This document shows positions 1 through 13,253 of a stretch of DNA of 64,000 nt, piece by piece. The stretch lies in contig OX597832.1 in the NCBI GenBank assembly GCA_951406725.2, positions 42,656,001 to 42,720,000 on the forward strand, written 5' to 3'. Both the position numbers and the translations under genes were made by a program. Position 1 is the first letter of the stretch. The number at the start of each line of letters is the position of its first letter. The DNA is from Octopus vulgaris. Its lineage: Eukaryota. The notes under the pieces are model-generated. The model saw nothing but the letters and a program-made list of their open reading frames with translations. It searched no databases and had not been told where the DNA came from.

Positions 1-480
1 AACAAACAAACAAACAAACAAATATAAAACCAAACAAAAAAAAGGGACAAGCCTAACATTGTTGTCCCCACTTTACAGTAAATCCGTCACTCGCTGCGGA
101 ATCTTTTGATATTTTCGCACGAACAGATGTTGCGGTGAAACTGCAAACATGGCGTTGAACATATGTCTATCAATACTGGCCGGCGTTTAGAAACACTTCC
201 GTCATTTATGAACACTTCCGGGAATGCTAATCGCATGCCTAAGTGCATGCTCGTACATTCATAAACGCCAACGCTCTCACATGTACAGTGAAATACACGC
301 GCAAACACACATGTATATGTATGAGTGAGTATGTGTGTGTGTATGTTATATATATATGCATATCACCTATCTATATCTACACACACATCTATACGCACGC
401 ATACGCACAGGCGTGCGCGCGCACACACATGTATATGTATGAGTGAGTATGTGTGTGTGTGTATGTTATATATATATGCA

Positions 481-627
<147 letters not shown>

Positions 628-654
628 TTATCTATCTATCTAGAACGCCATGCT

Positions 655-882
655 GGATCGTTAGTCCCTACACGCAATTTTTTTCTCTCCTTGTTTCTCT
701 CCTTGTTTCTTTTCTGTGTATCTTTCTGTCGAAGAGCGTAGGCTCGAAACGTAAAAGACTTGTTTTATTTCTATTGCTGAGTGCCATACTAATACATTAT
801 TTGTTTGTACTCCACCTGCCTTCGTCTTTTGTTTATTTTCGTAAACCTGCCTTCGTCTTTGATTATTTTCGTAAACCTTCCG

Positions 883-885
<3 letters not shown>
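655..885 (+). mobile_element. Penelope-like pseudo-LTR family P1 (non-coding), flanked by (TATC)n
   Basis: Near-identical to 42050-42238 (+) and 46279-46475 (-). Contains a hammerhead-like motif at 721-758 and an internal ~31 bp tandem duplication near 814-876. The 3' end runs into microsatellite. Confidence 0.65.
721..758 (+). ncRNA. Minimal type-I hammerhead ribozyme-like motif (A6U core variant)
   Basis: tcttt-CTGTCGAA-GAGC-gtag-GCTC-GAAA-CGTA-aaaga: 5-bp stem I, 4-bp stem II, palindromic ACGT stem III, GUA cleavage triplet. Confidence 0.6.
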
Positions 886-980
<95 letters not shown>

Positions 981-981
<1 letters not shown>

Positions 982-1442
982 ACTACTGCAGAAACATATT
1001 GCCTTGAAATTGCCAAAATGAATGCAAAACTGCTAATCCTCCATCCCAGACTGGTCAACAGAAGAGGGCCAATCATTCTTCTTGACAATGCTCGACCACA
1101 CATTTCACTAAAGTTGAGGGAACTTGGCTACGAAGTTCTTCACCACCCAGCTTATTCCCCAGACCTTTCTCTTACAGACTACCACTTTTACAAGCACATT
1201 GATGGTCTCGTACGAGAGAAGGAGTTAAAAAATTCAAACGGATGCTGAAAGTGCGTTCAAAGAGTTCATCAACTCCAGATTTTTATGTTACCGGAATAAA
1301 CAAACTTGTAACTCGTTGGCAAAAATGTGTTGATTGTAATGGTCCTTACTTTGATGAATAAAAGTTCCGCATTGTTGAAATATATTGTGATGAAGGTCAT
1401 GTTTCAAAACGTTGCTTACTTTTTACTTTTACTCAGCCTGAC
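981..1442 (+). pseudogene. Mariner transposase C-terminal fragment (DD34D domain) with 3' end
   Basis: Translation IILLDNARPH...EVLHHPAYSPDLSLTDYHFY. After frameshifts it continues ...GINKLVTRWQKCVDCNGPYFD, a typical mariner C-terminus, followed by a degenerate TIR-like end. Confidence 0.9.
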
Positions 1443-1743
1443 ACATACTTTATGGTGACACACATATATCTACATAAAGAAGCATACTGGCTCTAAACAA
1501 GTTCATGTTTCATATACGTTTCAAAAATTACAATTTATATTATAAATAGATACACGTGACAGTGAGTAATACATACGTACATTAATATATGTATATGCAT
1601 ATGTATATGCACACACGTGCACATATGTATGTATATATGTAAGTATGTTTGTATAGATATATAGATACATATTTACATATATATATGTGTTTGTGGGTGT
1701 GTGTATTATAAAGCAGACAGACACACGTATTCTGTATATATAT

Positions 1744-1811
<68 letters not shown>

Positions 1812-1815
<4 letters not shown>

Positions 1816-1860
1816 AGCAGAGATATCCGGCGTTGCTCGGGACTAAAATGGTATACTTTT
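1812..1860 (+). mobile_element. Possible 5' end of a Helentron/HINE-type non-autonomous element
   Basis: tacaagcagagatatccggcgttgctcggg resembles the TACTAG...CCCGGCGTTGCCCGGG hairpin that starts such elements. Short, and judged from memory. Confidence 0.4.
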
Positions 1861-1974
1861 TTATTGTTTAACTTCTTACAGTCATGTGACTGCAGCTAAG
1901 CTGGAGCACTGCCTTCAATCGAAGAAATTGACTCCAGAATTTATTCTTTGTAAGTGTAGTACCTATTTCTCACT

Positions 1975-2547
1975 ACATCGATTGTCTCTTTGCCTCCCGC
2001 TCAAAGTGATGAAGACAACACTCATCATGGGTTCGGAAATGATCATGGAAACCAGCTGGTTCTGCTTGGCTCAATTTTCTCGTTTTGGGATCAACCTAGA
2101 GCTCTCTTGTTCAGCTGTCAGAAAACGTGGTACTCACCGAGCAGAAACCTTCGTCTTTCCAAATTCATTGTGCAGAATATCCTCAATTCCCTCACAAGAT
2201 ACGTTAATAGCATTGGCTATTCGATTTATAGTCAATCACCTGTCATCCATCAGCATGTGGTGAACACGAGCAATGTTCTGCTAAGCGGTGGCAGTTGCAG
2301 GACGTCCATACCTTGAGTCATCTTCACGACTCTCCCTTCTCCTCCTAAATGCAAGCTGTCTAATTTTGTACTGTTAGGCGCAGGAGTGGCTGTGTGGTAA
2401 GTAGCTTGCTTACCAGCCACATGGTTCCAGGTTCAGTCCTACTGCGTGGCATCTTGGGCAAGTGTCTTCTGCTACAGCCTCGGGCCGACCAAAGCCTTGT
2501 GAGTGGATTTGGTAGACGGAAACTGAAAGAAGCCCGTCGTATATATG

Positions 2548-2578
<31 letters not shown>

Positions 2579-3423
2579 ATGTTTGCGTGTCTGTGTTTGT
2601 CCCCCTAGCATTGCTTGACAACCGATGGTGGTGTGTTTACGTCGCCGTAACATTAGCGGTTCGGCAAAAGAGAACCGATAGAATAAGTACTGGGCTTACA
2701 AAGAATAAGTCCCGGGGTCGATTTGCTCGACTAAAGGCGGTGCTCCAGCATGGCCGCAGTAAAATGACTGAAACAAGTAAAAAAAGAGAAAGAGAGTTAA
2801 TAAGGGTGGAAGTCATCCCCTAATGTAGCAACCACGTCAGCATGAATGTCCTTGAGAGATAAACATTTATTCCGGCAGCTACTCGATAACACCACGATGC
2901 CAAATTTTGTCCATTGTCACCAGTTACTTTTGAAGACTTGTTTGAACTCTCACATCTCAGTTTACCTGGAAAGAAAAAAACAATGCAGTTATTAAGGAAT
3001 TACAACCGTGTTTCGTGGTCTGCTACCACAACAGCTCTTTTATAGGATCCAGTTAGCTCAACTCATCATCAGGAGGAACCACGTCCAGTTTCGGCGCCTA
3101 CTCCTCTACCGTTTTGACGTGGTGGGTACCCCACCCCCTTTCGGAGATGTCTTCAGCTCTGGTGTTGGGTGCATGTCTTCTTTCTTCTTCTTTCTTCTGT
3201 TCCATGGCCTCTTCGATGTATCGTCAACGAATGTCAGCGGGCGACTGACTGTCTTGTCAAATTTTTTCCTTTAAATACCTGCTGCTAGGCTCCAGCAGGC
3301 AGCCCCGCCAAGTTGTCACGTGACACTGTCTCAACTTTAACTGACCAATGAAGGCACGTAGTTGAAATTTCACAGCTCTAGCATCACTCCTTCACAGTCA
3401 GCTTATGAACTGTTCAGCCCGTC
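1975..3423 (-). pseudogene. Decayed mariner element (N-terminal HTH region and 5' TIR), interrupted by a SINE and a second insert
   Basis: The minus strand reads MDKIWHRG...KDIHADVVATLGDD (2914-2800). After the SINE it continues FRRRRESREDDSRYGRPATA...ILHNEFGKTKVSAR*VPRFLT (WVPR motif). The TIR-like gaactgttcagccc at 3407-3420 matches the MITE TIR near 32500. Confidence 0.85.
2377..2795 (+). mobile_element. tRNA-derived SINE family A (OK-like), full length, nested in mariner
   Basis: Head GGCGCAGGAGTGGCTGTGTGGTAAG with A/B-box-like motifs, internal (TA)n(TG)n, tail GACTGAAACAAGTAAAA(GAG)n. Possible 4-bp TSD gtta. Confidence 0.9.
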
Positions 3424-4049
3424 AATTCAGAGCAACATCTAAACAGCTAACAAATTTACTAATTACATTCAATACTAAATTTGTAAACTTGTTTACAAAC
3501 AGTCACTTAACATGGCAATTATCTACCAGCAATACAATAATATATATATAGATAATTTGTACAGCATAATTAGGTTTTAATAGTATTTTAATTACCAGCG
3601 ACCGTTTAATTAAGTTCTAACTTCTCATGGACTACAATTTTAATTAAGGTCTAACTTCTTATGGACTACAATTTGTAGGTTAAGGAGGGAGTTGAACACC
3701 TTACACGAATTATATGTATGCGCGCACACGCAGGTTTAAAGGTAACACACTTGGTCGCGTTAACAAAGGGATGTGGGTTCGCCTTCCATGCGAATAGGAA
3801 TGCTTTCTTTTTTCTGTCGAGGGCTTATATGCCCCTTTATTAGAATATTTTCCTTAGTTATTGCACGGTGATCGCCCTAAGCTTTAAGCTTATATAAAAA
3901 TACCATTATTATTATTTACAGGATTGGAAATCACAGCTCCGAAAGCATATATATATGTGTGTGTGTGTATGTGTGTGTGTTTGTACGTGTGTATATGTAT
4001 GTATATGTACGTATATATCTCCACACACGCGCTCACATGTATACATATA

Positions 4050-4271
4050 AGCTGGCAGAATCGTTAGCACGCCGGGCAAAATGCCTAGCAGTATTTCGTC
4101 TGTCGTTACGTTCTGAGTTCAAATTCCGCCGAGGTTGACTTTGCCTTTCATCCTTTCGGGGTCGATAAATAAAGTACCAGTTTCGCACTGGGGTCGATGT
4201 AATCGACTTAATCCCTTTGTCTATCCTTGTTTGTCCCCTCTGTGTTTAGCCCCTTGTGGGTAATAAAGAAA
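4050..4271 (+). mobile_element. SINE family B
   Basis: GCTGGCAGAATCGTTAGCACGCC...GAGTTCAAATTCC (B-box)...CCTTTCATCCTTTCGGGGTCGATAAA...AAAGAAA; many copies in the window. Confidence 0.85.
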
Positions 4272-4555
4272 CATATATACATATCATTCTTGAAAAGTGA
4301 ATAATCATGGGAGTGATTTCAAATTTCATCTTGCTTAGCCACTAGAGAACTTCAAAACTTCGTAGTGACTCCTTGTTAGAGAATAGTAAATCTGTACTCT
4401 ACAAAAAATAGCTTAATTTAAAATTGCTTTTATCATAATTCGACCCCCAAACAGACATTAATATATATACATACATATATACATACACACATACATATAT
4501 ATATGTACATACTTAGTCACCTACAGACTCATACACGTGCGCGCGCGGACACACA

Positions 4556-4586
<31 letters not shown>

Positions 4587-4596
4587 CTGTTATCTA

Positions 4597-4902
4597 TTAC
4601 TTGCTTCCGTCATTTGACTGCAGTCATGCTGGAACACCACCTTGAAGGGTTTTAATTGAACAAATCGACACCGGAACTTATTTTTTAAGCCTACGGAAAC
4701 ATAAACACCGCAACACCAGTTGTCAAATGGAGGTGGGGGACATGTATATACATATACATACATATGTATATGATGGGCTACTTTCAGTTTCCGTCTACTA
4801 AATCCACTCTCAAGGCTTTAGCCGGTCCGAGGCTATAGTAGAAGACACTCAGTGGAACTGAACCGGGAGCCATGTGGTTGTGAAGCAAGCTTTTTACCAC
4901 GC
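4597..4902 (-). mobile_element. SINE family A, diverged
   Basis: Reverse-complement similarity to 2377-2795. Confidence 0.75.
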
Positions 4903-5403
4903 CAATTCCTTTGCGACTCACTGCTGGTATGTCTCCATCTTTAAGAAAATTCATTCTATGTTCGAGAACCTTTTGTTATTGATAATATAAAGAGCTTTCA
5001 GTTCTATTAAATACATTTTTTTGTATTTTCAATAGTTTCCTTTGGTGAAATATGCTGCCATAAAAAAAAAAACAGTTGCTACTGTACATGTCAACAGAAA
5101 TATTAATTTCCCTATTATTCTGTACAATATTTTTGCCCCCTTTTTTTCTGTTTAGTTTAAGCATGGCCCTCCTTTAAAATGACATTACCTCTATCTCTGA
5201 GAGTTTTTCTGCATTTATTTCGACCAATAACAAAAAAACAAACAAAACAAAACATTGTCAAATAACAGTTTGTCACAGAGGTCAGAGCACTATTTAGGCA
5301 GACTTCCAAATTCTTCGAAACCCCCTGTACGAGAATAAATTGTTTTCCTGGGAGAGACTTGCCCTCATTACTTCTCTTTTCTTTATCAGGCTGGGGCTTG
5401 TAA

Positions 5404-6020
5404 ATCACCTTTTTATAATACATGTATGTATGTATGAATGTATGTATGTATGTATGTATGTATGTATGTATGTATGTATGTATGTATGTATGTATGTATG
5501 TATGTATGTATGTATGTATGTATGTATGTATGTATGTATGTATGTATGTATGTGTGTATGTATGTATGTATGCATGCATGTATGTATGTATGTATGTATG
5601 TACGTATGTATGCATGCATGTATGTATGTATGTATGTATGTATGTATGTATGTATGTATGTATGTATGTATGTATGTATGCATGCATGCATGTATGTATG
5701 TATGTATGTATGTATGTGTGTGTATGCATGTATGTATGTATGTATGTGTGTGTGTGTGTATGTATGCATGCATGTATGTATGTATGTATGTATGTATGTA
5801 TGTATGTATGTATGTATGTATGTATGTATGTATGTATGTATGTATGTATGTATGTATCACCTTTTTATAATACATGTATGTATGTATGTATGTATGCATG
5901 CATGCATGTATGTATGTATGTTTGTATGTATGTATGTATGTATGTATGTATGTATGCATGCATGCATGCATGCATGTATGTATGTATGTATGTGTGTGTA
6001 TGTATGTATGTATGTATGTA

Positions 6021-6051
<31 letters not shown>

Positions 6052-6230
6052 ATGTATGTATGCATGTATGTATGTATGCATGTATGTATGTATGTACGTA
6101 TGTATGTATGTATGCATGTATGTATGTATGTATGTATGTATTCATGCATGCATGTATGTATGTATGCATGTATGCATGTATGTATATGAATGTATGTATG
6201 TATGTATGTATATATGTGTATGCATGTATA
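5404..6230. repeat. (TATG)n microsatellite array with a duplicated unique spacer
   Basis: tcacctttttataatacatg occurs at 5405 and 5857, each followed by (TATG)n. Confidence 0.9.
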
Positions 6231-6410
6231 CAAACGCAAACAGATACACACATGCGCGCACACACATACACATACTCCCGCTCTCTTTCTCTCTGTCTCC
6301 CTCTCCCTACCACAGCCATCCCAACCACACGAGACTGCTAATTAAACTCATTAAACCAATTGAGATAAAAGAAAGTCCAAAGATCTTGAGTCAACCGGTC
6401 AAACACTTTT

Positions 6411-6741
6411 TCATCCACCACCATCACCACCACCATCATCATCATCACCATCACCACCATCAACAACACCACTACCACAACCAGCAGCAGCAGTACCACC
6501 ACTATCACCACCAACCATTAACACCACTACCGTCACCACCACCACCACCACCACCATCACCACAACCATTATCACCACCATCACCACCACCTGCACTACC
6601 ACCACCACCATCCCACCTCCACCAATACCCCACCAATACCCCACCACCACCACCATCACCATCACCCTCACCACCATCAGCAACACCACTACCACAACCA
6701 GCACCAGCACCACCACCAGCACCACCACCACCAGCACCACC

Positions 6742-6772
<31 letters not shown>

Positions 6773-6807
6773 CCACCACCACCAGCACCACCACCAGCAC
6801 CACCAGC

Positions 6808-6838
<31 letters not shown>

Positions 6839-6960
6839 CCACCACCACCACCACCACCACCACCACCACCACCACCACCAGCACCAGCACCAGCACCAGC
6901 ACCACCAGCACCACCAGCACCACCACCACCACCAGCACCAGCACCACCACCACCATCTTC
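6411..6960. repeat. (CCA/CAC/GCA)n trinucleotide array
   Basis: Directly visible. It produces the poly-P/H/G/V/W ORFs. Confidence 0.95.
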
Positions 6961-8084
6961 CCCCCACACCTCATTAATTTAGACTCCTTGTCATTATGAT
7001 AGGGCACGAGCCCTTCACTCCACCCCCTTTCTCTCGCACTCCTCCCCCTTAACGCCGTGATTTATTAACTGTTTCCGATTCTTCAATGTCTCAGCGTTAA
7101 ACGTTTGGTATTTATCCCTCAGACTTTCCATACAACCAACTTCCTGTTCCATACAGCCACTTCCTGTTGTTTACTCTTTCATCTCCAGTCGTCACAATTA
7201 CGGAGGAAGTTAATTCTGTAGACTGAGACTACGGGTGCGTACACACACACACACGCATACACACACACACACACACACATACATACACACATACACAGAC
7301 ACACGGACACACATACACACACATACACACACGCACACACACATACACACCTACACATACACACAGACATACACACTCACACACACACACGCAAACATAC
7401 ACACACACATACACACACACGCGCACATATATACACACACACTTACACACACACACACACATAGACACTCACATACACACACCCACCCACACACACACAT
7501 ACACACACACACGACATACACTTGCACGCATATATATATATTCATAAGCATATGTTTGAGTGTGGGTGCTTGTGTACTGTGTGTACGTATGTTTGTATTT
7601 GCGTGCGTGTTTGTGTGTGTGTGCGTGTGTATGTGTTTGTGAGTGTGTGTGTGCGTGTGTATATGTTTTATGTAAAGGAGCTTCTTTCTAGTGCGTTATC
7701 TTGCATCAGTATGGCTGGGGTTTGTCACCAACAGTTTCGCAACCAGCTGGCTGTCAGTGGATGCAATAATCGTTATGCGGTGTAATATTTCGCCACTCCT
7801 CTTCCTGGTGGATACGAAGTTAGGTTTGTTAGAGGTGCCAAAGGCTATGGGAAAAGGTATGAAGATTGACAAACATCTGCTCTTGTCTCTGCTACGATAA
7901 CATCACCACTACAGTGGAAAAAAAGTAAAAAAACAAAGGGCTAAACTCTTCCGGTTCCTGTTGGATGAGTTATTCCAGCAATGTCGACTTCAAACCAGAA
8001 TTAGTACGTCAACAATTCGGGAGCATGTTAACGAATTATACTTTGAAATTGGAAGGAAGCGGCTTTCTGTGATCAGGGCAATGT

Positions 8085-8305
8085 TTGTTTGCATGCTTGC
8101 TTGCTTGTTTAATTCCTGGTTAGTGGTCCCAGAGACATCATCATGCGTAGAACGAACCAATCAGGCCCATCAATGCTCGCTATCGCGGGCGGTCTCGTGC
8201 CAGCCCCTCTGCATCCGTCGAGGTGACATCGAATCTCTGGAGATCTTCCCTAATCACGTCCAGCCATCTGGTGTAGGGCCTCCCACGAGGCTTCTCCCCA
8301 CTTGA
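8085..8305 (-). pseudogene. RTE-clade LINE 3' fragment
   Basis: Minus-strand translation SGEKPRGRPYTRWLDVIREDLQRFDVTSTDAEGLARDRPR*R matches the RTE C-terminal GRPxxRW...DRxxWR pattern, followed by a (GCAA)n tail. Confidence 0.8.
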
Positions 8306-8799
8306 GCAAAACACTTCATTTCACGTTGCTCCAGCTGGCAAAAATGAGTAATCCTGCTACGGATTGGCGTCCTGTCCAGAGGTGGGAAGAGTCATACGCC
8401 ATGCAAACTGGGAAACCATCTCGATGAGTCTATATTTTTCAGGAAGAGTTTATTTTCCTTTGCTTTATACAAAGAACGTGATAAGAGGTTAAAAAAAAAA
8501 AGACCAAGACTTTTTGATTGGTGCTTACGAATTGAAGGTACTGGTGGATTTTGGGGAAACGGTCGTATTCCCGACCCATAATGTAATATCGAAGCAAAGC
8601 CTTGACCTTATGGCAAAGATCTTTGGTGGGGAATATAGAAAAAACAAAATGAATCTACAATAAAAAGGACTTAGACGGTTGCATGAAACAGGATGCTACC
8701 AATGTACAGCGTTACCGGCAGAGATGGTATATCTTTTTATCTTTTACTTGTTTCAGTCATTAGACTGCAACCGTGATGGGGCTCTGCCTTGTCGAGACT

Positions 8800-9110
8800 C
8801 TATAACTAGAACCACATTGAAATTAAAAATATGGCCGAGAGCAACATAGATATAACCAATATATGTAAAAGAAACACATAAGTTAAGAAATATAAGTTGA
8901 GCAAGAAGTAAAACCAGACAAATGATACGTGGTTAGAATGGATAAGTGCCGAATTTCAATGCCGAAATTCCTTAATAACGTTAACGCTGCTTTGCTCATC
9001 TGAGGGGAGCGATGCTGTCGGAAGGCCCCGAAATCGTTGTGATCTTCAGACGACAGCTAATTAAGGTAGTGTCCCGCTTTGCCAAACATTTGTAATACAT
9101 GAACATAGAA
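8800..9110 (+). mobile_element. Degenerate Penelope-like 3' end with hammerhead-like remnant
   Basis: A basic C-terminus-like stretch (...KKYKLSKK*), then catCTGAGGGGAGC...GGCCCCGAAATCGTTgtg at about 8997-9041. Confidence 0.4.
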
Positions 9111-9513
9111 GCATATATCTGTATATATAACAGCGACATAGCCCTTAGAGGCAGAGGAAATATTAATGAATAAAGAATTTACGTTGTATATGTTCGGTGT
9201 ACCTATGCATGTTTCTGTTTTACACATGTATGCCAGTGACCCTTCTGGGTTATTTCTCTTGGCTCATTTTTGTTCACACAGACAGACGCAGTCAGACACA
9301 CACACACATACACACATACATATGTATACATATTCTGAGTCAGAATATGTTTGGCGTCGATTACGTAATATATTCCTGTGTAGGTAGACTCAAACACATG
9401 TATATGTATGTACATGCATATAAACATACATACATATATACCTAATAGATGCATGCATATATATATATAAATACATATTCTAATATTTATATATATGTAT
9501 ATACATATAAATA

Positions 9514-9611
<98 letters not shown>

Positions 9612-9688
9612 CATACATACATACATTCATACATGCGTACGTGCATACAAACATACATATATCCACACACATACGTCCTTCCATCCAT

Positions 9689-9736
<48 letters not shown>

Positions 9737-9947
9737 GTGTGGATAGATGAATGGATATATATATATATATATATAAACTGACATTACACAGAAACCTATA
9801 TAGTGAATATCTGAATAATAAACGCATGCTTACTGCTTAACGCCGAATGCTAATGCTTGTGCTCTCAAGATATTTTCCAAGGCACTACTGACATAAAACA
9901 AACAAGCAAAAAAAAAACAAAAAGAAACAAATAAACAAGCACACACA

Positions 9948-10016
<69 letters not shown>

Positions 10017-10669
10017 AGAGTACATGTGGATCTGCAGCTGTTACACACGCCTTGAACCTATGCATACTGCTTTCAACCAAACTCTGCCATCTGTTTGTAA
10101 AAGCACGCTGACATTAATCTTATTCCTTGCGATATTGAAGCGTATTGCAGTCCACCGCACGCATTTATCTTTCGCATGGTTTATAAAACAGCTGTACAGT
10201 GTTAATATACGATGTGCACTCCTAGTTGGTAGATATGTGCATAATTGCAGCAATATGCATCGTTGTTAACCAGAAAGGATGAAAAAGGGAAGGCTGAATG
10301 TGGTTTTTTTTCTCCGCTAGAATTAACAACGAAATCTCCATCGAAACACACCCGCGCTCTGCTAAGTTGGTAGGATATGCTACATCATAAACGAGAACAA
10401 GAGAAGTGGGACGAGGAAGTCTGCATGTGGTCTCTAGGAGTGACGACAGAATCTGAAGCGAAGAACACCCGCTGATCTTTAAAGAAAGGATGAAGCATTC
10501 GATTCGTGGTATCCCAGAAAAGAATGGCTCCTTGATGGCTGAATGAGTGTTGGTCATAAGTCCTCTCGTTCAAGAAGGACTCGGAACAACAACAACAACA
10601 ACAACAACAACAGTGATAAAAATGACAGCAGCAGTAGCTACAACAACAACTGCAGCAGCAGCAGCAAGT

Positions 10670-11065
10670 GGAGGCGCAATGGCCCAGTGGTTAGGGCAGC
10701 GGACTCACGGCCGGAGGATCGAGGTTTCGATTCCCAGACCGGGTGTTGTGTGTGTTTATTGAGCGAAAACACCTAAAGCTCCACGAGGCTCCGGCAGGGG
10801 GTGGTGGCGACCCCTGTTGTACTCTTTCGCTCTAACTTTCTCTCACTCTAACTTTCTCTCTCTTGTCCCCGACTTCCTACGCAACCGCTGAGCCTGGATG
10901 CGCATTCATCCATCCATCGATGCTCTCGGTGTCGGGGGGGGTTGACCTGCTTTCTCTCTTCTGCGGGTCTTACGAATAGCAAAAGGACCACGTTTCGGAC
11001 TTCTCCTACTACAGACAATCCTGAGGCGCGTTCTTGCGAGGTCTGGGACGAAAACCGCTTCGCTC
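10670..11065 (+). mobile_element. SINE family C (tRNA-Arg-like head, OR-like), tail type 1
   Basis: GGAGGCGCAATGGCCCAGTGGTTAGGGCAGCGGACTC...GGTTTCGATTCCC (A and B boxes); ends in (CAAA)n. Confidence 0.85.
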
Positions 11066-11074
11066 AACAAACAA

Positions 11075-11119
<45 letters not shown>

Positions 11120-11253
11120 CAACTACAACAACAGCAGCAATAACTGCTGGGCCAATACGACAGCGTCTATATATCGCTCGATCTGTTAGAAATAGCAGAT
11201 ATATCTCTTTGAAACTGCTTCTTAACGTTGTTAGAAATGAAGGACACATTAGA

Positions 11254-11449
11254 ACTTCATGGGCAAATTGCGACCCGCGGACCTTTGTAAATGGTGCGTC
11301 TAACGAAAAATTACCAGGAATATTTTTTAAGTGGTGCGATCCATCTGATAATGAGCAGTGTCCCATGTCCACATTAGATATTAGAATATTTTAAGTGGTG
11401 CGGTCCGTGTGATAATGATCTGTTATTTGGAAAAGGTTGCCCACGCCCA
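11254..11449. mobile_element. hAT-type MITE
   Basis: TIR-like catgggcaa / ttgcccacg, 8-bp TSD-like cattagaa / cattagat, and an internal tandem duplication at about 11317-11457. Confidence 0.55.
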
Positions 11450-11664
11450 CATTAGATAACACTGTGTAACAAAATTATTATTTTTTTTGTCTTTTTTATT
11501 ATTAAGTGTTTTTTCCTGTTTGTTTCTCTCTGAAAATCAAAGGAAGTGACTGCTGTTCTTTTCAAACTCTGCTTTTGTGACCTAGACATCAGGTTTTGAG
11601 ACTGACCTATTTTCAATTACATTTCAGACAGATTCAGCGCTGAGTTGCTGAAGCAGAAATATCA

Positions 11665-11835
11665 TTATAGCAAATATTCTACTCAATGCCACAGATTTGC
11701 TTGTCACCTGCTTGACCTTAGCCACTTGAGTATCCACTCAGTGGCTGGCAATATGTGCATCTCTGATCAAGAGCAGGAGTAGTGGGGAAGCATCACAGCC
11801 TTGTATTGAGAGGGATGCTCTGGGGTTTGAATAAA
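11665..11835 (+). repeat. Diverged copy of the 555-bp repeat found at 51876-52432
   Basis: agcaaatattctactcaatgccacagatttgcttgtca...ggggtttgaata aligns by eye with 51981-52146. Confidence 0.75.
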
Positions 11836-11924
11836 CGTAACAAAAGCAAAGTTTCTGAGGGTAAGCAAATAGGAAATAATTGTGGCTACCCAAGGTCAAA
11901 AATCGTGTTACACAGAGTAATATA

Positions 11925-12159
11925 TATTTCTTTACTACCCACAAGGGGCTAAACACAGAGGGGACAAACAAGGAAGACAAAAGGATTAAGTCGATTACAT
12001 CGACCCCAGTGCGTAAGTGGTACTTAATTTATCGACCCCGAAAGGATGAAAGGCAAAGTCGACCTCGGCGGAATTTGAACTCGGAACATAACGACAGACG
12101 AAATACGGCAACGCAGTTCGCCTGGCGTGCTAACGTTTCTGCCAGCTCGCCGCCCTTAC
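11925..12159 (-). mobile_element. SINE family B with 15-bp TSD
   Basis: TSD acacagagtaatata at 11910-11924 and 12160-12174. Confidence 0.92.
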
Positions 12160-12674
12160 ACACAGAGTAATATAGTCCGGGTTACGCCGAAGTAGACGGC
12201 ATCAAAAAGCAAAAAACCCACGAAATTGTCAAGGCAATAAATGCCTCTATCTATAGTTCTACCCGTTCAAGACTGGCCTGTGGCTAAACAATAGCAACAG
12301 CGCCATCAGCGGCAGTATCAATAACTGTTGCTGAAACAACTAAAAGCAGACACATATTATCTTGAAATAAGTATATTTCTCCACCGCCATTATTTGTCCG
12401 TCAGATGGTTGTGATGACCAACTTTTCTCGTATGATATATTGGCCGTCTGTATTATGTATAAATATCTACCAAAATAAAACCATCAATTTATCATTCTCT
12501 CTCTTTCTCTCTCCCTTCTCCCCCCTCTCTCTCTCACACACTCACACTATGTATGTCTGCCTCACACAATATTAACTGCTCTCTTTTATTTCTTTCATTT
12601 CCTCTGATTCTACATACATAATACATGCATGCATATATATCTGTATACTGTTCACGTATACACGTAAATATGCG

Positions 12675-12708
<34 letters not shown>

Positions 12709-12858
12709 CACGCACACACATATATATGCACACACATATATATGCACACACATATATATGCACACACATATATATGCACACACATATATATGCACACACA
12801 TATATATGCACACACACACACACACACAGACACACATATATATATATATATATATGTA

Positions 12859-13253
<395 letters not shown>

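Noticed and set aside
5438-6982. 514-aa ORF and other long ORFs (MYVC, IYLS, YI, HT, poly-P/H/N/L/S)
   Set aside because: They are translations of microsatellites that lack stop codons in several frames, with no domain content.
10670-10745. tRNA-Arg-like sequence (also at 13910-, 19805 and 41601-)
   Set aside because: These are SINE heads with an imperfect cloverleaf that continue into the SINE body.
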